Program-made: the position numbers and the translations under genes
Shown here: positions 48,867 to 58,632 of the stretch, one piece after another
Layout of the letters: each line of letters begins with the position of its first letter
Position numbering within the stretch: position 1 is the first letter of the stretch
Notes under the pieces: generated by a model
Databases searched by the model: none
Told to the model about the DNA's origin: nothing
Seen by the model: the letters and a program-made list of their open reading frames with translations, nothing else
Assembly (NCBI GenBank): GCA_963664875.1
Contig: OY761611.1
Coordinates: forward strand, 3,264,001-3,328,000
Direction: 5' to 3'
DNA length: 64,000 bases
DNA from: Candidatus Kapaibacterium sp.
Lineage (GTDB): Bacteria > Bacteroidota > Ignavibacteria > Kapaibacteriales > UBA2268

Positions 48867-51029
48867 TTATTTTTCTAATCTGATAAAAGCATTCAAATTG
48901 TTTTCTATATCTATCAAATCAAAATTGTCGCAATTTTGTTCTAATTGCTCTGCGAATGTGATTATCTGCTGATTATCATATTGCATTGCTATTTCTTTCA
49001 GATTTCCCGCAAATAGTGCTATGTCGTCGATAAGCATTATACCGAGCAATTCTTTAGCTTTAGGGATATAGTAAGTATCCAAAACTGAGAATAGCTCTTC
49101 GTTAATGTCTGAACTATCAAAGTTAGAAACAGGCACAACGGACTCGAGCATTTCTTCGATTGCTTCCAATGACTCAGCATTATTGTCAGAAGTTGCTTCA
49201 TAGTCAGTTGCCGGTTCTTTGCTATATTTTACGCTATTGCCGGGAGGTAGCTCTATTTTGAAAGTACTGCCTTTTCCGATGGTACTTTCTACAGAAATTT
49301 TACCTTGATTTTTATGTATAAATTCATGGCATAAAATCAAGCCCAACCCCGTTCCTCTTTCTTGTTGAGTTCCTGTTGTTGAGTGGTAGATGTCAATTCT
49401 GAATAGATTTCTGATGTCTTCATCTCTCATACCTACGCCGTTGTCTATCACAGAGACTTCGACATTCTCGGCTGTGCCTTTGCTAACTATTAGCACTTTG
49501 CCGCCCGGATGCGTAAATTTAATTGCGTTTGAGATTAGATTGCGAAGTACGGTATAAATCATATTCTCATCCGCATACGCTATCTGATTGCCTAAGGATC
49601 TATGCTCTAAGACAATTTGCTTATTTGCTGCACCTTGTGACATCAGAGAAATATTATGTTCTATAAGCTGATCGATATGAATATCTTCAGGCTGGAAATT
49701 TATTCTGTTACTTTGAGCACGTGACCATTGTAATAAGTTTTCCAGCAAGGAAGTAATCTGCTTAGCTGATTTGAATATAGCATTGAGCAGCTCCATTGTT
49801 TCTTCCTTTTCGAGCTTGTCAAACTCTTTGATGATTACCTCTGTAAGGTTCGTAAAGGAATGAATCGGACTTTTTAGGTCATGAGCTATAATTGAAAAGA
49901 ATTTATCTTTAGTGGCATTTGCCTGGCGAAGTTGTTCTTCCGAATCTGCAAGCCTTTCGTTGAGAGATATGGCACGGAAAGCGTCTTGGGTGATTGTGTC
50001 GCGCGATGAAGTAAGCTCTTCTATAAGCTCTTCATGCTCTTCTTGTGCTCTTTTCATTTGGGTAATGTCTGTAGCAATTCCCCAATAGCTGATTTCTGAT
50101 ATAGGATAATCATTTTTAAAAGTGGTAAAGGACAGCACTACTCGTTTTTCATTTCTATTGAAATCAATTTCGTAGTCAATTAGTTTTTCTTTTTTATCAA
50201 TAGCAGCAAAAAAGTCGCGGGTTAGGAAGTTTTCGGCTATGATGCCGGAAAACGTAGATTTCCAGTTATTGCCTAATGCTTTGTGTTTTCCAACTCCGGT
50301 AAGTTCGTCTGCTGCCTTATTCCATATAATGATATTGTCATTGTAATCTAAAGCAAAAAGCAACACCGGTATAGAATCGATTAGTTTCAACAGACGATTA
50401 TGCTCTTTTAGCAGAGATTCATTTTTGCAGATAATATCAGTAATATCCCAAAAATCATAGTTGTATTCGCTACCGTTTTGGTTTAATAAGACTCCGCATG
50501 TAAGATTTGCCTGTGTTTTTGATTTCAAATGCAAAATAAAGCGTTTTTTACTGTCATCACCCTCGGCAATTGCTGCTTTGTGTTTATTTAGTTTTTCTAT
50601 TTCTGCAGGGTAGAAAATCGATTTTAATGTAATCTTTTCATTTTTAGCTAAAGACATACCGACAAGTCTTTCAAATGCTGCATTATATAGTGTGATTGTA
50701 CCGTTTATCTCCTTGAAAGAAGCTATATTACTTTGTAGGAAATCATAACTATGTTGCTGCGTATTAAATTCTGCAAGTAATAACTGATTGTCGTCGCTGA
50801 TTAGAGTGCTGAGCCGGATAGAAAAACTCACCCCGTTTATTTCTTCAAAGTACTGCGTTTTTTTTGTGACTTTGTATTCTCTAACTAAGGCAAGAGTCAA
50901 TTCCTCTGCATTGTCCTGATAGATGAGAGCATAGTGTGAACTGTTACGATAAATCAATTTACCGCTATGCGTGAAAACACAGATAGGAGTTTGCAAAAAA
51001 TCAAAAATATTATATGTAGTATTTTCCAA
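48867..51029 (-). CDS. Cytoplasmic multi-PAS histidine kinase with helical C-terminal extension
   Basis: PAS repeats; AHDLKSP; NLISNAIKF; DNGVG; GTGLGL. TTG start is uncertain. Confidence 0.92.
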   Translation of the reverse strand: MENTTYNIFDFLQTPICVFTHSGKLIYRNSSHYALIYQDNAEELTLALVREYKVTKKTQYFEEINGVSFSIRLSTLISDDNQLLLAEFNTQQHSYDFLQSNIASFKEINGTITLYNAAFERLVGMSLAKNEKITLKSIFYPAEIEKLNKHKAAIAEGDDSKKRFILHLKSKTQANLTCGVLLNQNGSEYNYDFWDITDIICKNESLLKEHNRLLKLIDSIPVLLFALDYNDNIIIWNKAADELTGVGKHKALGNNWKSTFSGIIAENFLTRDFFAAIDKKEKLIDYEIDFNRNEKRVVLSFTTFKNDYPISEISYWGIATDITQMKRAQEEHEELIEELTSSRDTITQDAFRAISLNERLADSEEQLRQANATKDKFFSIIAHDLKSPIHSFTNLTEVIIKEFDKLEKEETMELLNAIFKSAKQITSLLENLLQWSRAQSNRINFQPEDIHIDQLIEHNISLMSQGAANKQIVLEHRSLGNQIAYADENMIYTVLRNLISNAIKFTHPGGKVLIVSKGTAENVEVSVIDNGVGMRDEDIRNLFRIDIYHSTTGTQQERGTGLGLILCHEFIHKNQGKISVESTIGKGSTFKIELPPGNSVKYSKEPATDYEATSDNNAESLEAIEEMLESVVPVSNFDSSDINEELFSVLDTYYIPKAKELLGIMLIDDIALFAGNLKEIAMQYDNQQIITFAEQLEQNCDNFDLIDIENNLNAFIRLEK

Positions 51030-51398
51030 AGCGAATATTCACTATTATATAAAAATATCAAATACCTTAGATTAGAGACAGTATTATAGAGTCAGTATTG
51101 CAAAAATATGACAGAAATATATCCTAAACAAATTATTTGCAAAAATCGGTATTAATACTTAACCGATGTAACTAAGTGTTTTCCGCAGTTTAGTTTTAAA
51201 ACTATTCATCTAAATGCTTTATTTGTAAGATTAATAAAAATTATAGTGGGGTAAAGATGATATGTCTATATTTTTTACTAATTTGCAAACTTAGATAAGT
51301 GTAGCTTTGCATAATCAATAATTCCACACTGATTTGGGTTAGGCAAATGCCGGACTTAGTTCCTTTTAAGAATGTATATCTTAGGTTAAAATATAAAC

Positions 51399-52718
51399 AT
51401 GAATGTTGTTGCTATTGTTGGTCGCCCGAATGTAGGAAAATCTACTCTTTTTAATAGATTGACTATTTACAAAGGTGCTATTGTGGAATCCGAACCGGGT
51501 GTTACCAGAGACAGAATCTATGGTAAATCCGAGTGGAACGGAAAGCTGTTTACTGTGATTGATACAGGCGGGTTTATCCCGGGTAACGAAGATACTATGG
51601 AAAAAGCTATCAGAGAGCAAGCTATGATTGCTATCGAAGAAGCCGATTCGATTATCTTTGTAGTAGATGCCCGCGATGGTGTTACTCCGTTTGATCAGGA
51701 TATTGCAGTTATTTTACGTCAGTCTAATAAGCCTGTAACTTTGGTTGTTAATAAATGTGATAACAGCAATCAGGAAGATTTTGCATACGAATTTTGGAAC
51801 TTAGGCTTGGATCAACCGTATCCTATTTCTGCTATAAATGGCCACAACACCGGTGATTTTCTTGATAAAGTGGTAGAGCCTCTTCGTACTGAAAACAATG
51901 AAGATGAAGATGAAAGATTGAAAATTACTTTCATTGGCAGACCTAATGTCGGTAAATCTTCGCTAACTAATGCCTTGCTTGGCAAAGAAAGGATGATTGT
52001 TACTGATATACCCGGCACTACCCGTGATGCGATTGACTCTGTAATCAAATACCACGGCGAAGAAATTGTACTAATTGACACTGCGGGACTCAGAAGACGC
52101 ACTCACATCAAAGAAAACGTGGAAATGTATAGTACGTTTAGAACTACAAGAGCTATCGAAAGATGCGACATTGCTGTGCTTTTGATTGACGCTACACGTG
52201 GCCTTGAAGATCAGGACAAACGTATTATCAATCAGGCTGAAGCTGCCAGAAAAGGTCTTATCATTGCTGTCAATAAATGGGATCTTGTCGAAAAAGATCA
52301 TAAGACTGCTGATGATTTCACTAAAAAAATCAGAGAAGATCTAAAAACTCTTGACTATGTGCCTATTGTTTATATCTCTGCTGTTACAAAACAGAGAATA
52401 AACAAAATTATAGATATGTCTAAAGAAATTCTTGAAAGAAGAAAATTTAGAGTGAAAACTGCTGAGTTGAATCAAATGCTTCTGCCTGTGTTGGATAAAA
52501 CTCCACCTCCGGCTATCAAAGGTAGAGATTTACGTATAAACTACATCACTCAGGTAAGCAACGAACCACCTGTATTTGCGTTTTTCTGTAACTACCCTGA
52601 TCAGTTGCCTGATTCCTACAAACGCTTTATGGAGCGCCAAATGCGACAGATTTGGAATTTCGAGGGTACTCCTATTTCATTTGTATTCAGAAAGAAAAAT
52701 AAAGATAAATACGAATAG
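51399..52718 (+). CDS. der: Ribosome biogenesis GTPase Der (EngA)
   Basis: Two GRPNVGKS G-domains; DTGG/DTAG; NKCD/NKWD. Confidence 0.98.
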   Translation: MNVVAIVGRPNVGKSTLFNRLTIYKGAIVESEPGVTRDRIYGKSEWNGKLFTVIDTGGFIPGNEDTMEKAIREQAMIAIEEADSIIFVVDARDGVTPFDQDIAVILRQSNKPVTLVVNKCDNSNQEDFAYEFWNLGLDQPYPISAINGHNTGDFLDKVVEPLRTENNEDEDERLKITFIGRPNVGKSSLTNALLGKERMIVTDIPGTTRDAIDSVIKYHGEEIVLIDTAGLRRRTHIKENVEMYSTFRTTRAIERCDIAVLLIDATRGLEDQDKRIINQAEAARKGLIIAVNKWDLVEKDHKTADDFTKKIREDLKTLDYVPIVYISAVTKQRINKIIDMSKEILERRKFRVKTAELNQMLLPVLDKTPPPAIKGRDLRINYITQVSNEPPVFAFFCNYPDQLPDSYKRFMERQMRQIWNFEGTPISFVFRKKNKDKYE

Positions 52719-52738
52719 AAGCGCTGTTAAATCTTTTA

Positions 52739-52791
52739 AAATAAGACTCTTGCAAGGTAGTATGTGCAGCAAGAGTCTTATTTGTTTTTTT
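52739..52791 (+). terminator. Intrinsic terminator after der
   Basis: aataagactcttgc...gcaagagtcttatt followed by a T run. Confidence 0.8.
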
Positions 52792-52914
52792 AACTTCGCC
52801 TAACTATTTTTAGAGTAGTGTACTTAGTAAATTTTGTGTTTGTTATCTCCATTATTGTTTTTATTTTGTAAAGCTAAAGTTAATGTCTTCCACATTTAGT
52901 TTTTTAAAAAAAAG

Positions 52915-54297
52915 ATGAGCAGCTCAGCAAAGAAATTTTCTTGGAAGCGGGTAATGATTTTTCTAACACTCGCTATTGTGATTGCAGTTACAGGGCTCTT
53001 TATATTTCTATATGGCTACAGCCACACTCTCATTACTGTGCCCAAAACCAAAAAGACCGTCACTCAAAAAAGCCTAACCCAAGACTCTTTGGGCGAAGCT
53101 GCCTTAGACTATTACAAAGCTATAATTGATACGTCCGATAAAGATATCGAAATAATTAAAGTCAGCAAACCGGAAGATACCGTTGTCCATTTTGGCATTG
53201 ATAAATACGCCGGCTCTAATGTCAAAAAAGTATTCGACGGAGAGCGCATCAATATTGCTATCACAGGTGTGGATTCCAGAATTGGAAGTTCTTTCAAACA
53301 TGCAGATGCGAACCATGTCCTTTCGATATTGCCTGATCTTGGTAAAATCGAGATTATTTCTGTACCACGCGACACAGAAGCTGACGCAGGTTTTCCTGAT
53401 TCCACCGGATTTAATAAACTGACAGTAGTCAGAGCCTCCAAAGGCAGAGATGGCTATCTCAAAGATTTGGCTGCTATCGCTGGCCTCGACAAAATTCACT
53501 ACTATGTAGAGTTTGGTTTTTCTCAGGCAATGGGTATTTTAGAATGGCTTGGTTATGGCGATGCCGGTTCGCAGTTGCAAGTGCTTCGTTCACGTAAAGG
53601 ATTTGTGGAAGATGATTTCCAAAGGACTTACAATCAGGCTCAGTTTATGAGACAGATGATGTTCCTCAATTTCGATAAATTTTCCGGCTTATTCGGCGAT
53701 GTCATGCTTAGTAGCGGACTTGCCATGGTAGATAGTAACCTCGACAAAGACAAAATACGCGAAATACTAAGCAGACTCAAAATAAATGGATTTGGAGAAA
53801 CAATTTCCAATGTTTCAGTTAAAGTCAAGCCTTCACTTAGATTCAAATTTAAGGTGTTTGATTTTTCTGACCCGCTTGTGGTGAAAGAAATGCAGAGCAA
53901 GGTGAACGACTACTTCAAATACACAGCTCACCACGATGATTCGTCTGCTACTCAACACGAAACCACAGATGTAGCAAAACTACTCAATAAAGCTTTGCAA
54001 AAAGCAGAAAAGGACACTGCTTCCAGACCTACGATTGTGATAAATAATCTTAAAACCTATTTTGACCAACGGGCTTGGCTTCAGGTGAAAGATAAAGCTA
54101 AAAGAGATACTATTCGCGAAAAATTTAATGTGATGCTTAGTGCTGCTTACACCAAAAAGGGCGATTTGAATAATGCTAAAAATGTTCGGGATGTGATTGA
54201 TAGAGAAAAAAAATTCTTCAAATTTAGCAACAATCAGATAGATGCAAGGCAGCAGAGTACTTCTGCTAAAGATACCCTAAATCATGCAAATTACTAA
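52915..54297 (+). CDS. LCP (LytR-CpsA-Psr) family protein
   Basis: N-terminal TM; INIAITGVDSR, AD, ISVPRDT and R.RK...DDFQR..NQ motifs. Confidence 0.82.
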   Translation: MSSSAKKFSWKRVMIFLTLAIVIAVTGLFIFLYGYSHTLITVPKTKKTVTQKSLTQDSLGEAALDYYKAIIDTSDKDIEIIKVSKPEDTVVHFGIDKYAGSNVKKVFDGERINIAITGVDSRIGSSFKHADANHVLSILPDLGKIEIISVPRDTEADAGFPDSTGFNKLTVVRASKGRDGYLKDLAAIAGLDKIHYYVEFGFSQAMGILEWLGYGDAGSQLQVLRSRKGFVEDDFQRTYNQAQFMRQMMFLNFDKFSGLFGDVMLSSGLAMVDSNLDKDKIREILSRLKINGFGETISNVSVKVKPSLRFKFKVFDFSDPLVVKEMQSKVNDYFKYTAHHDDSSATQHETTDVAKLLNKALQKAEKDTASRPTIVINNLKTYFDQRAWLQVKDKAKRDTIREKFNVMLSAAYTKKGDLNNAKNVRDVIDREKKFFKFSNNQIDARQQSTSAKDTLNHANY

Positions 54298-54309
54298 AAA
54301 GGATATATC

Positions 54310-54810
54310 ATGAAAGAGCTAATACTTGTCAGACATGCGAAATCAAGCTGGGACGATCCCGACTGGACCGATTTTAACAGACCGCTAAACAAACGCGGAC
54401 TGGTAGATGCTCCTTTTATGGCTAATCTTGCTACCACATGGGAATTTAAACCCGAGATGATCATTTCCAGTACTGCCAACCGGGCTTTGACCACTTCTAA
54501 AATATTTGCTGAAGCGTTTGCCCTTCCGTCAGAATCTTTCATAGAGGATTATAATATCTATGAAAAAGGACCTAAATACATTATTTCGAAGCTTAGAAGT
54601 TTAGATAACTCCCTCAGCAAAGTAATGCTTTTTGGTCACAATCCGGATATGACTTCTCTTGCCTCATATTTCACAGGTCAATACTTCGATAACGTGCCTA
54701 CATGCGGCATTGTTCATATTCGATTCAATTTCGATGATTGGGATAAAATTGAAACAACCAACGGCGAATTAGTCCGCTACGAATTCCCAAAAAAATACCC
54801 AAATAGGTAA
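54310..54810 (+). CDS. sixA: Phosphohistidine phosphatase SixA
   Basis: LVRHAKS, RPLN.RG, SS.A.RA..T and GHNP motifs. Confidence 0.9.
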   Translation: MKELILVRHAKSSWDDPDWTDFNRPLNKRGLVDAPFMANLATTWEFKPEMIISSTANRALTTSKIFAEAFALPSESFIEDYNIYEKGPKYIISKLRSLDNSLSKVMLFGHNPDMTSLASYFTGQYFDNVPTCGIVHIRFNFDDWDKIETTNGELVRYEFPKKYPNR

Positions 54811-55011
54811 AAAAATAGGGGGGGATTTGTAACAGTAAGATCATCACTTTACTGTCTATGGTACTAAGTATTACAGCCTTCTGAGTTACTGCTAAGAGGC
54901 TGTCGTCTTTTACACACCTTTTGGAATCTCTTTCGCTATCTTTTGTTCATCTTAGATAGTCCAGTCTAGTCCATCTCTTCTAAGAGTGTGAGTTTGTTCA
55001 TGTTCTTTTGT

Positions 55012-55304
55012 GAGGCTGTCTCATAAGTACACTTTAGATTTTATTAGACTTATTTAGTGCGAAAAATACTAATACAATAGGAGACTGAAAGCCTCAAATA
55101 TAGTAGCCCGGGGCAACGCCCCGGGAAAGATAAGTCATTGAAATATAGAGCCCTGTAAGGGCGGCCAGCTTGAGACGCTAAAGGTCACTGAGCGAGTGAA
55201 ACGAGTCGAAGTGTGCGCCTCTACATTTTGCTTAACTCAGATCACATAATGTATTGAGGAATCGTCAAGTTAATATAGATTGTTTTGACTTATGAGACAG
55301 CCTC
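55012..55304. mobile_element. MITE-like element, copy C
   Basis: Perfect 17-bp TIR gaggctgtctcataagt / acttatgagacagcctc enclosing REP-like palindromes. Confidence 0.8.
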
Positions 55305-55324
55305 TTTAGTGGCTTAGCCTCTGA

Positions 55325-55347
55325 AACAAGGGGCTTCGGTCCATTGT
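55325..55347. repeat. REP-like palindrome, same family as 63668-63729
   Basis: aacaaggggcttcggtccattg versus minus-strand aacaaggggcttcagtcccttg. Confidence 0.65.
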
Positions 55348-55405
55348 GCGGTATATTCTATTGACTGATAATCCATTTCCTTTAGTAATCAATTTACCGC
55401 CTAAT

Positions 55406-55447
55406 AAAAAAAAGCGTAACGATATTTGGTATATCTGATACGCTTTT
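55406..55447 (-). terminator. Intrinsic terminator
   Basis: A run + gcgtaacgatat...atatctgatacgc. Confidence 0.6.
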
Positions 55448-55477
55448 CAAAAATTAAAGTCTTTTTCTTTCGAGCTT

Positions 55478-55981
55478 TTAATTCCCTAATATTGCCTGCC
55501 GTAGCTTCTTATGAATTAGTGGTATGACAGAAAGAACCTGATCTTCTGTTTTGAATAGATTTTTTACCTGATACTTCGGATGTGCAAGTTTGAGCTCAGT
55601 GTAATAAACGTATGCATTTATCAGCAACTTTCCTGCCTGCACGTTAAAATTACCTGTAACTACTCTTTCAATTTTGAGTATTTCCATTGCTTTCCACATA
55701 GTAGTCATGTGGTTTGGATCTTTAGGGTCGTAATTTAACTCTTTAAGCACCAATCGTATGGAATCAGATGGAACAATCCTGTAGTTGTACTCATCTGGAT
55801 CAGCTGAAGCTATTTCTATAGCCAATGAGTCACTGATGTCATTGCACCAGTGGTCATAAGCATCATTGCCGTCCATATTTTGAAAAGGCATCACAGCCAA
55901 TCTGATTTGAGATTGGGCAGGGACAGCAAAAAGCAAAATCAGAAAAATCGTAGAAAAGAAAAATTTGGAAACGTGTTTCAT
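55478..55981 (-). CDS. Secreted TolB-N/CsgG/FlgO-like domain protein
   Basis: Signal peptide; RLAVMPFQN...ISDSL...VVTGNF motif pattern. Confidence 0.65.
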   Translation of the reverse strand: MKHVSKFFFSTIFLILLFAVPAQSQIRLAVMPFQNMDGNDAYDHWCNDISDSLAIEIASADPDEYNYRIVPSDSIRLVLKELNYDPKDPNHMTTMWKAMEILKIERVVTGNFNVQAGKLLINAYVYYTELKLAHPKYQVKNLFKTEDQVLSVIPLIHKKLRQAILGN

Positions 55982-56028
55982 AATTAAACCCCGTAAAAGA
56001 TATTTGAAATCTGTTTACGGGGTATAAC

Positions 56029-56337
56029 TTAACTAATAAATCCTTTTTCTTCAAGATATTTTTTGACATCTTGAAAAGATTTTACAAGTTTTGGTTGCAT
56101 TTCGCCGGCTTCTTCCCATTTATCTTCTTTGGAAAGCTCCATCAAGGCTACGCCCATATCGCCTATCTCGGTGAGACCAAACTGGTAGCACGAGCCCTTA
56201 AGAGTATGAGCCATTCTGTATAAATCGGCATTGTTTTTTTCGCCTATAAGTTGTGGCATTTGCTCTAAATCATTCAGCCATGTATCCACAAATTCAGGTA
56301 AAAGCTCTTGGATAAAAGGATCGTCTGGAATATTCAC
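56029..56337 (-). CDS. Stand-alone Hpt (histidine phosphotransfer) protein
   Basis: AHTLKGS motif. GTG start at 56337 is chosen because the longer ORF would overlap rnpB. Confidence 0.88.
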   Translation of the reverse strand: MNIPDDPFIQELLPEFVDTWLNDLEQMPQLIGEKNNADLYRMAHTLKGSCYQFGLTEIGDMGVALMELSKEDKWEEAGEMQPKLVKSFQDVKKYLEEKGFIS

Positions 56338-56373
56338 AATAAACCCATATATTAAGTGGTAAAAAAAACTTAA

Positions 56374-56796
56374 GTAGAGAAAACGATAAGCCGAATTCTG
56401 TCTTTTTTGCTTATAAATAAGTAAAAGAGGCAATCATTTATCTAGGCAAACCGTCACCGATTTGCTCAAGCAGCCTACCCAAATAAGTAAACCGGACGGG
56501 CAGCCCGGCACGCTTTCCCAAAGAAAAGCGAACTTATTCCTATTTGGCCTTGCACTGTGTGGGGTTTACCCGGCTAATAATGTCGCCATCACTACCGGTG
56601 AGCTCTTACCTCACCCTTTCACCCTTACCTACTTTGCAAAACAAAGCAGGCGGTTTACTTTCTGTTGCACTTGCCACAGCTCGCAATCTAAAACTAATCA
56701 AACCGCTTACTGCCTTCGCGTTACGAAGCACACTGCCCTATAGTGTTCGGACTTTCCTCAGAGTTAATAAACTCCGCGATTGCCTGTTTTCCCTAC
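56374..56796 (-). ncRNA. rnpB: RNase P RNA (type A)
   Basis: GAGGAAAGTCC, AGTGCAACAGAAA, AAGGGTGAAAGGGTGAGGTAAGAGC, GGTAAACCCC and ACAGAATTCGGCTTA; the ends pair as P1. Confidence 0.97.
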
Positions 56797-56801
56797 AAAA
56801 G

Positions 56802-56832
56802 CAAATTTATAACTAATATATGAAACGTCAAA
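56802..56832 (-). promoter_or_regulatory. Bacteroidota-type promoter of rnpB
   Basis: TTTG-N19-TAAATTTG ending 6 nt before the P1 5' end. Confidence 0.7.
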
Positions 56833-56862
56833 GTACGAATAATTATTTTGACAAAAATAGAT

Positions 56863-57600
56863 TTATAAGTTGTCAACCATTTCATCATCAACGATGTAGT
56901 CTTCAGGAGTTACAATACGTCCGCAGTTCTCGCAAATCAATATCTGATTGCGATTGTTGCGTAGTTCTACAATTTTTTGAGCAGGAATAGCATTGTAGCA
57001 ACCGGAGCAGCTGTTTTTATAAACTCTTACAGCAGCGTCAAGGTGCATAAGTCTGATTCTTGCGTAGTCTGTATAAAGTGCTTTCGGGAGCATAACCACT
57101 AATTTTTCTTTTTTGGCTTTCAATTCTTCTAATTCATCGTTTTGCCCTTCAGTCAGTGCTGAATGTTCTTGTTCTTTTTCAGCTAATTCTACTTTCAATT
57201 TTTCGAGATCAGCTTCCTGAGATTCTAAAATTCTGACTAAATTCTCTTCTTTCAAGCCTTCTGCACGCAACTGCTCAGAAAGTTTTTTGTGTTCTTCTTT
57301 CAGAGTTTTAATTTCGTTGCTGATTGCATCAAATTCTTTGTTATTTCTTACATGGAACTGTTGTTCTGTAAGTTTTTCTTCTTTGTCTTTGAGCTCAACG
57401 AGAGTGATTTTAGTTCTTGAGCAAAAGCTTTTTACATCCTTAAGAATAGACTTAGTTTCTTCTACTAATTTTGTCTGTTCACCAAGTTTGAATGTTTTTT
57501 GTTCGATAATTTGAGGCAAATCACCAAAATCTTCGTTTAATTCGTCTAAACGTTGATCTACATGAGCAACAACTGCCAATATTTCAATAGGATATTCCAT
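56863..57600 (-). CDS. Coiled-coil C4 zinc-ribbon protein (DUF164/CT398-like)
   Basis: Long coiled coil; CSGC...CENCGRI; known Nif3 - zinc ribbon - rnpB neighbourhood. Confidence 0.92.
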   Translation of the reverse strand: MEYPIEILAVVAHVDQRLDELNEDFGDLPQIIEQKTFKLGEQTKLVEETKSILKDVKSFCSRTKITLVELKDKEEKLTEQQFHVRNNKEFDAISNEIKTLKEEHKKLSEQLRAEGLKEENLVRILESQEADLEKLKVELAEKEQEHSALTEGQNDELEELKAKKEKLVVMLPKALYTDYARIRLMHLDAAVRVYKNSCSGCYNAIPAQKIVELRNNRNQILICENCGRIVTPEDYIVDDEMVDNL

Positions 57601-57620
57601 AAATCCGGCACCAAACTGTA

Positions 57621-58457
57621 TTAATGATTTATAATATTTATCTGTTCTTCTGAGTAAGTGTCTCTGCCTGCAAAATGAATCACAGGGTTTGTGTGAATGC
57701 TGGTCTGCATCAACTTAATATCCTGCATTTCCGGTACATTTTCCGTAAAATATTTATGTAAAAATATAGGTACGAACTGTTCCATTTCGTAATGTCCCGG
57801 ATCAATCAGAGCTAATTCGCCTTTGACCGCATGAAAAATGTGATAAGTAACGTCAGCTGTGATAAATGCATCAGCTTTGCTACGAATAGCATGATTTAAG
57901 AAAGATGTCCCACTGCCACCGACAATAGCTACTTTGAGTATTTTATCGCCTTTACCGACATTATATCTTATGGGAGCAGCACATATATCGGAAACATTGC
58001 TTACTAATTGCTCAAGAGAAGATGGAGTAGGCAATTCACCAACGATGCCCATTCCTCTGTCTTGATATGCTTTGTCAGGCACTAATAAATCTATATTTTG
58101 CAAACCCAATTTGTCTGCAAGTATTCTGCTTGTGCCTTCTATGAAAGCGTCGTACAATGTATGAACCGCAACAACCGCAATACTGTTTTTGATTAGCTTA
58201 GTAACCAATCTGCCGACCCGCTCATCGTTAGCAATAGTTTTAAGCGGTCTGTATATCAAAGGATGAAAAGTAATAATTAAATCAATATTTTCTTTGATTG
58301 CTTCGTTTATCACTTCATCAGTTATCTCAAGAGTAAAGAGAATGCTTTGCACATCATCAATATCAGATTGGATTTGCAAGCCGACTCTATCACCTTCTAT
58401 CGCCGTTTCAGGCGGGAAGTGCTTATTGATAACATTGCAGATTTCGCTAAGTTTCAT
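57621..58457 (-). CDS. Nif3-like dinuclear metal centre protein
   Basis: D.VGLQ, ITFHPLI, HT.YD, GGSG and GHYEME motifs. Confidence 0.93.
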   Translation of the reverse strand: MKLSEICNVINKHFPPETAIEGDRVGLQIQSDIDDVQSILFTLEITDEVINEAIKENIDLIITFHPLIYRPLKTIANDERVGRLVTKLIKNSIAVVAVHTLYDAFIEGTSRILADKLGLQNIDLLVPDKAYQDRGMGIVGELPTPSSLEQLVSNVSDICAAPIRYNVGKGDKILKVAIVGGSGTSFLNHAIRSKADAFITADVTYHIFHAVKGELALIDPGHYEMEQFVPIFLHKYFTENVPEMQDIKLMQTSIHTNPVIHFAGRDTYSEEQINIINH

Positions 58458-58632
58458 GCTTTAAAAACTTATGTTTGTATAAATTGCGTATAGTGCTAAG
58501 TGGCAAATTACGAAAGAATAGACATTTATACAATCTTTACAATCGAACAGGCGATTATTTTAATAAAGATTTCAAACTACTTTGTTATTGACGTGTATAT
58601 TTGTATATTCACTTGACTACAAATGAGGCTTA

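Noticed and set aside
56462-56816. Plus-strand ORFs of 93 and 90 aa, and the N-terminal extension of the Hpt ORF to 56433
   Set aside because: They overlap the RNase P RNA gene and are shadow frames.
56863-58457. Nif3 - zinc ribbon - rnpB linkage as a novel system
   Set aside because: This is a known, widely conserved neighbourhood.
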